Positions 1-12,352 are shown, numbered from the stretch's first letter. The stretch is 43,823 nucleotides of DNA from Nemertoderma westbladi (GCA_032718475.1 JAUCBJ010003988.1:1-43823); one strand, 5' to 3'. Translations and numbers: made by a program. Notes: generated from the sequence alone by a model not told the origin.

Positions 1-190
1 GTACCCCACTATCCCACCACCCACCCGTACTTCACTACCGTACCCCACTACCGTACCCCACTACCGTACCCCACTATCCCACCCACCCGTACTTCACTAC
101 CGTACCCCACTATCCCACCCACCCGTACTTCACTACCGTACCCCACTGCCACTACCGTACCCCACTATCCCACCCACCCGTACTTCACTC
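1..190. repeat. Intronic tandem/low-complexity repeat (ccgtaccccacta / cccacccgtacttcacta units) next to the PAN2 exon 5 donor
   Basis: Directly visible repeated 13-mer and longer composite units; runs off the window edge. Confidence 0.85.
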
Positions 191-197
191 GACCAAC

Positions 198-479
198 CTG
201 TTGGTTTATATTTAATCGGTAATCGTCAAGGTAATCTCTACGGGAGTAAATCAACATACACGGAAGCATCCATTGTAGATCGATATGGTTAGCTTGGTTC
301 TCTTCTAGAGGGCTCACACAGAGGGAGTTGAACAGATACCAGCCGTTGCAACTCACGCCCTCCTTCATCTTATGGTAGTTGGAACCGATAAAGATGTGGC
401 TGACGGTGTTAATAGTCTGGCAGTTGGTATCCTGGACGAGGGCGGTAACGTTAACCAGATCGTAAATAATATCCGACTC
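198..479 (-). CDS. PAN2: PAN2 coding exon 5 (end of pseudo-USP domain); gene continues left of the window, so the nuclease domain is not seen
   Basis: ESDIIYDLVNVT..SHIFIGSNYHKMKEGVSCNGWYLFN..WMLPCMLIY matches PAN2 VYDL..HIKVGETYHQRKEGV..WYLFNDF..WKVPAILYY; acceptor tttgtcctccag, donor cag|gttggt, phase 0/0. Confidence 0.9.
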
Positions 480-1467
480 CTGGAGGACAAAAAGCAATAA
501 ATCGCGTTAGTAGAACTAATTAAATATATCGGGGCTAGCAGGAACGACGTTTGGATGCGTGAGTCACTCATTATGGCACACGGGCACACGGACTGCGACA
601 CTGGATAATTGTAGCTGTTCATTTCAAGTACTAATTAGAATTTATCAAAAATGAAATGGTATTTAAAATTGAAACATTACTGAGAAACATTTATTTATCA
701 ACAACGTAAATACAAATACAAATTATTTTTAGTAGGAGCAGACTCATTCACTTTATCTTACAATTTTAAAATATTAGTAAGATAAAGTTCTATTAATATT
801 ATTTTGGAATTGATTACTGGATGGTTTACTGACATAAAAATTATATATAATCACAACTGCTGGAACTATTTATGAGATATTCAACAAACTTACTTCACTA
901 TATTTATACTTCGGGATCCCGGTGCAAAAAAGTCGGGATCGGGACCGGGATTGTATTTTTCGCCGGGATCCCGGATTTTCGGGATCGGGATCCCGTTTAA
1001 ACACTAAACATACAAGGTCGTAGCCGTGTAAGAAAGTATGTCGTGGTCATTCACTTAAACAAGTTAATGACCACACCATGGTCTCTAGGTTAAAGTGCTG
1101 AGGTCAATCTCGTCACTTTATCAATTCAATCGGATGTTAAAGTGGTTTCATACTCTAAATCGTCACCGCCAACATTATAAGCTGTTGGTTTGGCTTGTCT
1201 TGAAAGATTTAGTGGCAATAAAATACGTTCTGGTCATCAGTGAGCATTTCAAAAACAAGGAAACCTTTTACATCCACACAGTTTGCTCTAATAACATTTC
1301 TTTCCATACATCAAATCGCCCGCAAGAAAGTATGACAGCGGAATTTGCTGCACACCGACACTGACTATAGTGACAATACCATCTGGACATTCAAGGGCAA
1401 TAACTTGTTGAAACCAACATGAACTACGACATAGTACACGACACGTAGTGGTCATGGTTACACTAAC

Positions 1468-3263
1468 ATTGACTATCTCCTTGGAGTCTAAGAATCCCTG
1501 GTTCTCTCTCCAAGCCATCGTCATGGGCAACCATGGCGCCCCTCCAGACTCTACGGTGTCGCCAACCGGGGACTCTTCACCCGGATGGTAGAACTTACAA
1601 CCGGCGCGGTTGCAATCGTTAGCGTAACGACACGTCTTTACGCCGACGCGCACGGGCGCGGCTGCGACGGCAGTGGCTATCCGAGTCGTCTGCGAGCGCC
1701 AGAAGGGGAGCGTGGACGCGCAGGCGGCGTTCGCGTCGAGGAGGAACACGTCCGGGGGCGGCGGGGACGCGCGAACACGATGTTCCGTCGCCTTCGCGCA
1801 GCCGGCGCAGTGCCGCGTCGCGCCGGCGAGACTCCGGTTGACGACCGCGGCGAAGTCGACCAACACGGAGGCGTCCTCGGGGTAGTCGAGTCGGCACAAC
1901 TCCTCGGTCGCCTCAGCCCCGCAGTCGCCGCACGCCAGCGCGCCCTGCCGCGCGAGCAGCCGCGCGGTCAGCGCGCCCACAACGCCCTCGTCGTCCGGGA
2001 GACTCGGACCCAACTCCCGGAGCACCGTCGCCATGGCGCCTGGAAGGTCCACTGTTGCCATGGTAGCCGGGGGCCCCTGGAGAATCCCTACAAGCGACTG
2101 TACGAGGTCCTCAGAGTCCAGGAACTCCTTCTTTACCACGGAGAGGTTGTGGAACATCATGGAGAGAGCGCATAGGAAGCAACCACGCTGCTCGCAGTAA
2201 TGGCCGCGCACAGCGACCTCAAGCGGCTCAACGTAGAACAACGTCTGCAGAAGGCAGTTGTACGAGTTGCCGCTGGGGTTGTACATCCCAGCGAAGTTGG
2301 TCTTATTGTTGGTGTTAACGTCGAGTGCGAAACCTTCCGCCTCCACGATCTGGTAGTTCTTGTAGATATTAGGGGTAGTCGTGTAGTAGGCGAGCGGTTC
2401 TATCTTGGAAGTTTTCGTACGGACCGCGGGCTCTTTGCTCGGGACTGCTTGGCTACTAGCCGGTGGTTTGGCGTCGTCGTTCAGTTTATACGGGCATACG
2501 TTGCGTTTAATCTTCATAGAGTTGTGTCCACAGGCGATGAACCCTTTGTGGTTCCCGGACTGGGGTTCCATTATCTTCATTGACTCGATGAGCGAGGGGT
2601 CTATTGGCTCGGGGTTTCGGGGATGCGACTCGGTCATCCGGGGCGGCATGTCGCTGAACAGCGGCCCGTTGGGATGGGCCGGCATGGGGACCACCGAGTA
2701 GGGCGTGCGGACGTCGTCCACCCCGATGTACTGGTACTGGGGGGCGCGATCCGGGAACTCGGTGGGCCGCGCGAACGGGTTCATCTGGAAGTCGTGCCGG
2801 TCCGCTAGTAGATGGAGAACCCCGGCCGAGTCACCCACCCCCATGCACTGGTAGCCCTGGGAGACCTCGAGACTCGAGACGGTATCCGAGTGCGCCAACG
2901 TGGGGAGTTGGTTGACGACGCCGCCCCCGCCCAGAGCGAGGTCCACCATCTGGTAGTGGCCAGATTGCGCGACGGCCGTGACGCGCGTCCCACCGTGGTA
3001 CGGCCCTCCCCCAGGCTGCGACAACGCGAACCTTAGGAACGCTGGCTCAATGACCAACTGTACGGGATTCATCGCGTGTAAGTACCGTAAATCGTAGAGC
3101 ATAAGGTACCGGTCCGGGGTTAGGTGGCCCATACGATGACTCATTCCGCACGTGACTAACTGATGCCCGTGGATATTAACGTCGAAGTCGCTAAGCATAC
3201 CAGAATGCGCGTCTATTACATGTTGGGTGTCTAAACTATTAGGGTCCCTGAGGGTTATTTTAC
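1468..3263 (-). CDS. PAN2: PAN2 coding exon 4 (end of WD40 propeller, PAN3-binding linker, pseudo-USP domain)
   Basis: GKITLRDP..HSGMLSDFDV..CGMSHR..DRYLMLYDLR..GDSAGVLHL..NPFARPTEF..LFSDMP..NKTNFAG..LLQTLFYVEP..WLPM matches PAN2; acceptor tttgtag at 3264-3270; donor aat|gttagt is inferred and less certain. Confidence 0.9.
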
Positions 3264-3371
3264 CTACAAAAACAACAAGTCAATTTATAGAAAAATTGGC
3301 GTGGAGTCGAGGTTTTAAGTTAATCTTTACCCACCGGTGGTATCTCCACAGCAAATAGAAGCCTCAATAAT

Positions 3372-3927
3372 CACTACTACTACTACTACGATCGGCATGC
3401 TGCATTGCAGCTGCATCATATATATATTACATATATAAGAATGCTGCACGTGCCGGATTGTCGACAAAATTGCCTGTCCACCATGCTTATTCGCTCCATG
3501 AGGGCGCCAAAGCACAAGATTATGCACTGGCTGGTCCTCACGGCGAAAGCAATGTCCTGCAAAGCGGAAGCGTTTCCATTCAAGTGTCAAGCTAGGGGAG
3601 ATTAATGGAACACCTCCAATGTTGTGATTGGAGACTGTACTTGACACAATGAACCCGGCGCAGCATTCTTGTGAAAGTGCCATCCAGAGTTTTGGTATCC
3701 TCTGCAGTTAGAGCCCTGCCCATGCCTCCCCCTACCGTATCCGAAGGTCTTCACCTGACTTTCAGATCCATGATAGCAAATAGCAGAAGTCATCCACGTG
3801 CTCAAGAAAGCCATCCTTAGACCTTATGCCCTTCGATCAGACATTTCTTGAGGGCTGTCTAGGTTGACTGTCATGATTTTGGTCTTCTTGGAATTTACAA
3901 AAAGACCAACACTAGAAGCAACCTGCT
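3372..3927 (-). mobile_element. Degraded 3' fragment of an RTE-type LINE with (TAG)n tail
   Basis: RFAGHCFRREDQPVHNLVLW..HGGQ and 3' end tgcagctgcaatgcagcatgccgatc(gta)n shared with the copies at 17975-19607 and 35545-36550. Confidence 0.85.
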
Positions 3928-5357
3928 GTATCTTAGAATCTATCTATACCTACCACCCGTGGTATCTCTACAGCAAATAGAAGTCCCACTGTATCTTAGG
4001 ATATATACCTAGCCGTGGTATCTCCACAGCAAATAGAAGTCCCACTATATCTTAGGATCTATACCTACCCGTGGTATCTCCACAGCAAATAGAAGTCCCA
4101 CTATATCTTAGGATCTATACCTACCCGTGGTATCTCCACAGCAAATAGAAGTCCCACTATATCTTAGGATCTATACCTAGCCGTGGTATCTCCACAGCAA
4201 ATAGAAGTCCCACTGTATCTTACCTTAGGACCTATACCTAGCCGTGGTATCTCTACAGCAAATAGAAGTCCCACTATATCTTAGGATCTATACCTACCCG
4301 TGGTATCTCCACAGCAAATAAAAGTCCCGCTGTATCTTACCTTAGGACCTATACCTAGCCGTGGTATCTCCACAGCAAATAGAAGTCCCACTGTATCTTA
4401 CCTTAGGACCGATACATAGCTGTGGTATCTCCACAGCAAATATAAGTCCCACTGTATCTTAGGATCTATACCTACCCGTGGTATCTCCACAGCAAATAGA
4501 AGTCCCACTATATCTTAGGATCTATACCTACCCGTGGTATCTCCACAGCAAATAGAAGTCCCACTATATCTTAGGATCTATACCTACCCGTGGTATCTCC
4601 ACAGCAAATAGAAGTCCCACTATATCTTAGGATCTATACCTAGTACCTACCCGTGGTATCTCCACAGCAAATAGAAGTCCCACTATATCTTAGGATCTAT
4701 AACTAGCCGTGGTATCTCCACAGCAAATAGAAGTCCCACTGTATATTAGGATCGATACCAACCCGTGGTATCTCCACAGCAAATAGAAGCCACACTGTAT
4801 ATTAGGATCGATACCAACCCGTGGTATCTCCACAGCAAATAGAAGCCACACTATATCTTAGGATCTATACCTACGCGTGGTATCTCCACAGCAAATAGAA
4901 GTCCCACTATATCTTAGGATCTATACCTAGCCGTGGTATCTCCACAGCAAATAGAAGTCCCACTATATCTTAGGATCTATACCTAGCCGTAGTATCTCCA
5001 CAGCAAATAGAAGTCCCACTATATCTTAGGATATATACCTAGCCGTAGTATCTCCACAGCAAATCGAAGTCCCACTATATCTTAGGATCTATACCTAGCC
5101 GTAGTATCTCCACAGCAAATAGAAGTCCCACTATATCTTAGGATATATACCTAGCCGTGGTATCTCCACAGCAAATAGAAGTCCCACTATATCTTAGGAT
5201 CTATACCTACACGTTGTATCTCCACAGCAAATAGAAGTCCCACTGTATCTTAGGATCTATACCTACCCGTGGTATCTCCGCAGCAAATATAAGTCCCACT
5301 ATATCTTAGGATCTATACCTACCCGTGGTATCTCCACAGCAAATAGAAGTCCCACTG
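3926..5357. repeat. 56-bp minisatellite (~25 copies) built from the PAN2 exon 3 end plus its 5' splice site
   Basis: Unit atcttaggatctatacctacccgtggtatctccacagcaaatagaagtcccactat; the last copy is the true exon/intron junction. Confidence 0.95.
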
Positions 5358-5632
5358 TGTCTAAGAATAGCGACCCCATTATCTCCAATATCAATAGCTC
5401 CCAGTTCTCGACCCGTTGCCAGGTCAACCTCGATCATGGTAGACTGGTGACCCCCTAATAACAAGGTGTTCCTTCGCGTTAGCATCATTGCCTGCATGTC
5501 CTCCATATTGGGACTGGTAAAGTCGAAGAGACGCACGCCGCCCCTGCCGCTACATCGCAGGTAGTTCTTCGTGAGAAATAATATCCCGCTGTCCAGAGTG
5601 AGAATCTGGCGGATATCGTTACAGTTATGGAT
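5323..5632 (-). CDS. PAN2: PAN2 coding exon 3 (WD40 region)
   Basis: IHNCNDIRQILTLDSGILFLTKNYLRCSGRGGVRLFDF..TLLLGGHQ..CCGDTTG matches DIRQIQSLENGILFLTKNNL..RGG..CGHTSG; acceptor ttatag, phase-1 donor G|gtaggt joins in frame to exon 4. Confidence 0.92.
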
Positions 5633-5921
5633 CTATAAGTAGGTAGGTAAGTGAGTTAGTAAAGTGGAATGTTCAACTTGAAATAACACTGAAAAACCGT
5701 TAACTATAGTACAAAATGGAATAAATGATTAATTTTAATAATAAATTACATATATTATAATAAACGTCTGATCCCATTCAAGAAGTATTACATATATCCC
5801 ATAATTTTTGTTTAATGACTTTATCAGTGGAATGCAAGTGCCAGCGTAAAACCAAATTACTTTACCACGTGTTGTAGATGAACCTCTGTTACAATTTAAT
5901 TTTATTACGAAACATATATAG

Positions 5922-7387
5922 TAGGGTGGTTCAAAATTTTTTTTTTCGAATTTTCCATGTCTTACAAGCTAAAAGTATACCTTTGGGTTAAATATTGGTA
6001 ATTGGAAAGTTTAAATCGATTTGAAGGATGTCTAGAGGTGTCACATCACGCCTGAAGTTCCTATATTGGCATTGCATTTGGCGCGACTACCCTATATCTA
6101 CCATTTTTGTCATGACCAACTTCTGCTATGCCTATTTCAATGATGTAGTGCTCATTCGAACCGGAATTAGCGATTTAGTGGGGGTAGAAATGTTCAAAAC
6201 AAGAATAGAGTTATTCCTTCTTCAGATAATGTTCAGTAAGTATTGGATCATGGAATTCAAAATTGGTGCATCATTTCTCGATTTGTGTTTCAATAAAAAT
6301 CATACTTCCAATGACTTCACAGACTTGTGCTTAGCATCAATCGAACCACAATCATCGATTTAGTGGGTGTAGAAACCTTCAAAACATCAGTAGAGTAATT
6401 AGTTTTCATGAGGTTGCACAAAAGGTGCAGCTCGGCTCAACTCAACATTAGCGTATGGTTGCGATGTAGCATTGTCATAAAATGTTTGCTTCCAGTGACC
6501 TCACTGAGTAAAACATAGTTAAATTACCATGAATTACTGTATTATCATATACGCCTTACACATTATTGTTTAGAATGGTCTTGATTGAAGCTTACATTCA
6601 TTTATATGAACAGGGCACACCATACCATGGGCCTACCTACACTGTCATTTTACATAGGAGTAATATAAATGAACTGATGAATGTAAGCTTTAATCAAGAC
6701 CAATATTCTAAACAATAATAAGTATGGCAGTATGGCTTATGTGATAATACAGTAATTTATCGTAATCTAACTAGGTTTTATTCAGTGAGGTCACTGGAAG
6801 CACACATTTTATGACAATCCTACATCGCAACCATATGCTAATGTTGAGTTGAGCCGAGCTGCACCTTTTGTGCAAACTCATGAAAACTAATTACTCTACT
6901 GATGTTTTGAAGGTTTCTACACCCACTAAATCGATGATTGCGGTTCGATTGACTCTAAGCACAAGTCTGTAAAGTCATTCGTCATTGGAAGTATGATTTT
7001 TATTGAAACACAAATCGAGAAGCGACGCGCCAATTTTGAATTCCATGATCCAATACTTACCGTACATTATCTCGAGAAGGAATAACTCTATTCTTGTTTT
7101 GAACGTTTCTACCCCCACTAAATCGATAATTCCGGTTTGAATGAGCCCTACATCATTGAAATAGGCATAGCAGAAGTTGGTCATGACAAAAATGGTAGAT
7201 ATAGGGTAGTCGCGCCAAATGCGATGCCAATATAGGAACTTCAGGCGTGATGTGACACCTCTAGACATCCTTCAAATCTATTTAAACTTTCCAATTACTA
7301 ATATTTGCCCCAAATTCACATTTTTAGCCGGTAAGACATGGAAATTTCGAATGTTTAATTTTTTTAAGTTTAATTTGAACCACCCTA
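5922..7387. mobile_element. Non-autonomous hAT-type (hATm-like) foldback element with ~700-bp inverted arms in PAN2 intron 2
   Basis: Termini tagggtggttcaaa / tttgaaccacccta; perfect 8-bp TSD atatatag at 5914-5921 and 7388-7395; mirrored ORFs 6028+ and 7268- reflect the inverted arms. Confidence 0.9.
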
Positions 7388-7425
7388 ATATATAGTCAGT
7401 AGACAGTAATAATAACAATACATAC

Positions 7426-7542
7426 CTGAAACGATGTGTATTTCTGTAGATTGTGGCTGAAGTATGACGTTGTATGGCCAACCTGATTCCCTGACCATAT
7501 TAGCTCTTCAAATGCGTCAAACGCAACAGCACAGGAACCAAC
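7426..7542 (-). CDS. PAN2: PAN2 coding exon 2
   Basis: [39 protein letters not shown] matches FDLHEEMLWVGSHGGHATSFFGPALERYSSFQ; acceptor ttctcag, donor cag|gtatgt, 117 nt, phase 0/0. Confidence 0.92.
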
Positions 7543-8219
7543 CTGAGAAAGAAGTAACGATTTAAGTGAAATCGAAAAATAATCACCTATCACCCTATAC
7601 CCGCATATTATACAATTTTAAATGGATGACAGTGATGAGGAAGTTATTGAAACTGTCTCTACATTCATGTTGTCAGTTGTGGTGTGGCAACAAACTAACA
7701 GTTTTTCACGAGAGCATTGGATAATATTGTAATATTTTGAATTCCAAAACGCGCAGTTCTAGCCTACTGTTCTAACAGTCTAACGTGCAAATTACTGAAA
7801 AGCCTAACAAAACAACCCTAACTCAAATTTGAAAAATGTATTTAATAAGAAGCACGCCATCAAAATTTATAGGGATTTGCCAATAGATTACTGGATTAGG
7901 ATAGGCTATCTGCTGATATGATATGATCTGACCAAGAACAGTCTGACAGTGACAGGACAGTAGACAGGTAGCTGGATAGAAGAACCATTTTGTCTGTTTG
8001 TAAGAACTAACAGACCCCAAAACGCTAATAGCAGATCAGCTAAGAGTAAATAGGGGCCTACTGCTGTACCCACCGCATGTAAAATTACCAACTACTGGAA
8101 GTGAGATTGAGATTGTTTATTGCGCAATAGTCAAATATATGGTTATGGTTAATTATGACATAAACACCAATTAATTAAATATCATCCATAAATATATATC
8201 CATATATATTGCGATGTAC

Positions 8220-8392
8220 AATGTAGGATTGTCATAAAATGTGTGCTTCCAGTGACCTCACTGAGTAAAACCTAGTTAAATTACGATAAATTACTGTATT
8301 ATCACATAAGCCATACTGCCATACTTATTATTGTTTAGAATATTGGTCTTGATTAAAGCTTACATTCATCAGTTCATTTATATTACTCCTAT
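8220..8392. mobile_element. Isolated fragment of the same hAT foldback family
   Basis: Near-exact reverse complement of ~6655-6825. Confidence 0.8.
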
Positions 8393-8419
8393 GGAAGACC
8401 GGACACCCGGAATACTCAC

Positions 8420-8581
8420 CTTTGTTCCAATGTGCTGCGACCCAGTGTCTGTCAACACAGAGCAAACTTCCCTGTATTCAGTACTACCGGTATCCATTCC
8501 TTGATGTTGATGTAAAGGTGGAGGTTGTGCAGGATGATGGTTGCCGTGTGGAACTGCCGATAGTGCATTGTAATTCATCAT
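8420..8581 (-). CDS. PAN2: PAN2 coding exon 1
   Basis: MMNYNAL..EYREVCSVLTDTG resembles MNFEGL..VYSELHSVVAEVG; donor aag|gtgagt, phase 0, compatible with exon 2. Confidence 0.8.
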
Positions 8582-11359
8582 GTTGGTGTCTGGCTGTCTG
8601 GTCCTGTCTTGCAGTCTTGTATCCCTTCTGGCGTTCTTGTATTTATTTAAATTTTCGATAATTTTAATGTTTGATTATAATGGAGGCCTAATATTCAATA
8701 CTACAGTACTGGAATATGTCTAAATATAGCCTAGGCCTACGGCTGTACGGTCCGGTCGCGGTCAGACGGTACTGCAGATATTTAGGCCTACTGCTGTACA
8801 GCTGTACTGTTGACACTTGTACCAGGCAGCCAGGGCACAGGGTGTAGGTAGGCTTACTTGGCAGGTCAGCAAGTTGCTCGCCTGAAAGTTATAGAGCATC
8901 ATTGTCCAGCTAGTGCCTTGCCTACAGGCAGACAGGCCTCGGTGATCATCAGTGTTAAGCCTAATTCTGTAGTCTGGTAGTTACCGACCGGTGGCGGTGG
9001 TGCCTGCGATAGTCTGGCAGTCTGGTAGTGGTAGTGCAGTAGTGCATAGTCAGATAGTGCAGTACAGCAGTAGTGGTAGTCAAGTCAGAACCAGAAGTCA
9101 AGTAGCTCTGTCAGTCTGTAGTTAGGCAGTCAGGTCTTATTCTGGTCTCTGGGTCTGGCTATATAAGATAGACAGACATAGACTGATAGACCAGGCTGCC
9201 AGTAGTGCCAGGGATGGTTAAAACCTAATTTTTAAAAAAGCAAAATTAGGTGTTTTCCATAATTGAATAAAACCTTATAAAACCTATTAAAAATTTCATA
9301 CAAAAATTAAGAAATATTTCTATAACATTGCAGCATTGACATAATCTGATAATCTTAGAATCTGATAAATCTTAGGGCCTATAAAGTATCCACTTTGCGA
9401 CATTAGGCATACTGTACATACTCTAGTTTAGACCTATACTGTATTTATCTGTGTTTGACTTGTATCAATAAAACATCTCCAATATATCCAATGTGCAGTA
9501 TATTCCTGATGGGTCCCACTAGCTAGCAACTATTTCATAAACATGCTTTTTACATTCCGAGCACCTAAATTATCTACTTTCGAATCTATCGAGTAACACC
9601 CCCCCTCTCATCCTGATCAGTCAACTAAACCTTTCACAGTCATACACCAGTGAGTGGAAATCTATACTACTGTAGCTTTGCTACAGCTGACCACTGGCTG
9701 CACCCCAACACCCCACGGCTACGACATATTATCATTAGGCCTATCATATCACCCACATTCATGAATAAATACTGATCAACCTTAAACATTTTATGGTGAC
9801 CTTTGGTGTTGGGTTTTTTGCTTTTGCTATATAACGATATCGAAAGGTGAACTTCCGAAATTAAAGGCCCGAGCCTATCCCGGATTGAAATTGAAATTAA
9901 TTGCAGTTTTGAAGGTTCTAACACCCACTACACAGCACTAAATCAACCAATACGGTTTCATTGCGCCTATTCTCAAGCAGTCAAGTCTGTGAAGCAATTG
10001 CAAGCATGATTTATTGACTTCTATAATAAACTTCACCAAATGGCACCACTGACTGCATTATAACGACACCACAGTTTACATTCGATATCTCGTGTGGTTG
10101 ACAGGTTGATAATAGACGTGTGGCTATGTCTGTATGTAGGCAGGTAAGTAAATGAGTACAGTAGTTTACCTGTTTACAGAGGCGAGTTGGGGGAACCAAA
10201 ACAACAAACGAATGTTAAAACTTGTTACCTGATTATGAACACCATACTGCCATAGGCCTATAAAAGTGCTGGGGTGTCGTTATAATTGAACCTTTAGTTG
10301 AATACTGTATCCCCGTTTGGTGTCCCTTTTCTGAAGTACTCAATAGACCTGATAGAGAGCATACAGCGATATTTTACAGTCATTGGTGCGTGCTGTTGAT
10401 TTAATGAGGTACACAGTCCCCACATGGGCCAGGGCAGTTTTCGTTTGGGCACGAATGCTTTAAAGGGACCAGCCAGGGCGCATCTCTGCCTTGCATCCTT
10501 AAGTGGTAGCTAAATGAGTGTAGTTTCCTCTGGGGAGTGAAGTTCTGGGGGGACCGCACTGGAAATAAGTCGTCAGACTTTGTGCGTAATCCCTGGCCTA
10601 GCGGCCGAAGAAAATTTACTTTACTTTTACTTACAATGTTTAGTCGAACTATGTATTAGTTATGTATCTATTATTTGCAATAAATATATCAAAAACTATT
10701 TAATCATTTATATTTTTAGGTTAATATACAGTATAATGTTCCGATGCATTCAAATTAATTTTTGGTTTACTAATTAATTGTTTACATTGTCTGTTTTTTT
10801 TTCATATTAAGACATTTCATTTTTTTCATATTACATCCCCTAAATTGATCATTGCAGGTATGTGTAAATTGTGGATGCCTTGAGATAATTACAAGTATCA
10901 TTTTTAGTGTATTTTACAATATCGCATCAAGGCGCTGCGGCGTTTGCACAATAAGTGGCCAAATGCAAGGTTAAAAAAAAAATTTTCGCCAACCCTCTCA
11001 AATCTTACATATTTCGAAAGCCCTTAGCGTGCTGATTTCAAATTTCATAGTGGTTCATTTTTTCTACCAATAGTAAAAAAGTTATGGACGAAAAACTTTT
11101 GTCTTGTGGTTAACGCTTTGTCTCATATAAATCTTTCGGAAAAATCTTTCTTTTTTATCTTTCGGAAAATACTTACCTTGTAACAAACACATTTCACAAT
11201 AAAAAGTTATGTTTCAAAAACGAGTGTTACAACACCTAAAAAATTAAAAAAAACGAACATGTAGCATTTCTCATTCCTCAAAAAACAAAACTATAAAGAA
11301 GTGTAACGCAGTAACAACTAGTACTGGATTGTAGATCATGAAATAAGCTTTTAGTGATA

Positions 11360-12352
11360 TAGTCGAGTCAATCTAGCAAAAAACCCATAAGTATTTCGCA
11401 ATCAATCCGAACCACAGATTTTGGATTCTATATTACCTTATTAATGACCAAAAAAAGTCTATAAAATTTTATTTTGCGGATCATATGTTTATTCATGGAA
11501 ATTCTGCGTAAATTTGCATAACACAGGCCAAACAAAAGGAAGAGCAGGGAAAAGTAAGTAGCAAATTGGTGATGTTCCAGAATAATTTAATTAATTTCAC
11601 AATAAGCTGTGATTCAATGTGAAATTAGTAATATTTACACAGGCGTGTTACACATTAATTGCTATATCTCGGAAACTAGAAGTCGCATCGAATTTTTAAA
11701 TATATCAAAAATTTTACGATATATTAAGGTAACTGTTGTAAAAAAATTATACAATTACACTGCAAGGAAATTTCATAGTTTCCATTAATGTTAGTGAAGA
11801 TTTTTCACATAATTAAATTGTGATTGCTCTATTGATTTTAGGTGTAATTTATTTATTTGTTTTAGATTGAAAACCGCAATAGTTTATCATATAACAAATA
11901 AATTTTTTTGGGATAAGGGTTTTTGAGGTCGATAATTCCGATGGGCGAGGTTACATCCACCCGTTTAGTAGAGAAGTTGTGTATATAAGATCCTTATATT
12001 GTACCAGCAAAATTGGTATTAAAAATGGTTAAATTATTACACAAATTTCCGTTGCTCTGGAAATTAAATTTGTAATTATATAGAAGTGCATACTTCTGTC
12101 AATCGATAGTCATTAGAGTAAAGTTTGTCTGTACAAATTTGGAGAAAATCCCACCAATAGACACCTTGTTGCTATGTAAAATCCATGTTGCTAAGGAAAG
12201 AAACAGGAAATTGAAGGTGATCCGCATAATATATTTTTATAGACTTTTTTGGGGGTATTAACAAGGTAATGTAGAATAAAAAAAATTTGGTTTGGATGAA
12301 TTGCTAATTTGTTATGGGTTGACCCCCTTTTTCGGCTAGATTGACTCGCCTA
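11360..12352. mobile_element. Probable ~1-kb non-autonomous DNA transposon (MITE)
   Basis: Terminal inverted repeats tagtcgagtcaatctagc / gctagattgactcgccta; no convincing TSD. Confidence 0.55.

Noticed and set aside
1288-1467. C-terminal tail of the 636-aa ORF as coding sequence
   Set aside because: PAN2 similarity stops near WLPM..; a phase-0 donor at 1467 links to exon 5, so this is probably intron read-through.
1585-3036. Plus-strand ORFs of 60-196 aa
   Set aside because: Antisense shadows of the GC-rich PAN2 exon 4.
3926-5357. CRISPR-like array or tandem mini-exons
   Set aside because: Units are near-identical throughout, lack polypyrimidine acceptors and would not keep frame; it is a minisatellite.
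6028-7268. Duplicated 111/97-aa genes
   Set aside because: Chance ORFs in the two arms of a foldback MITE.
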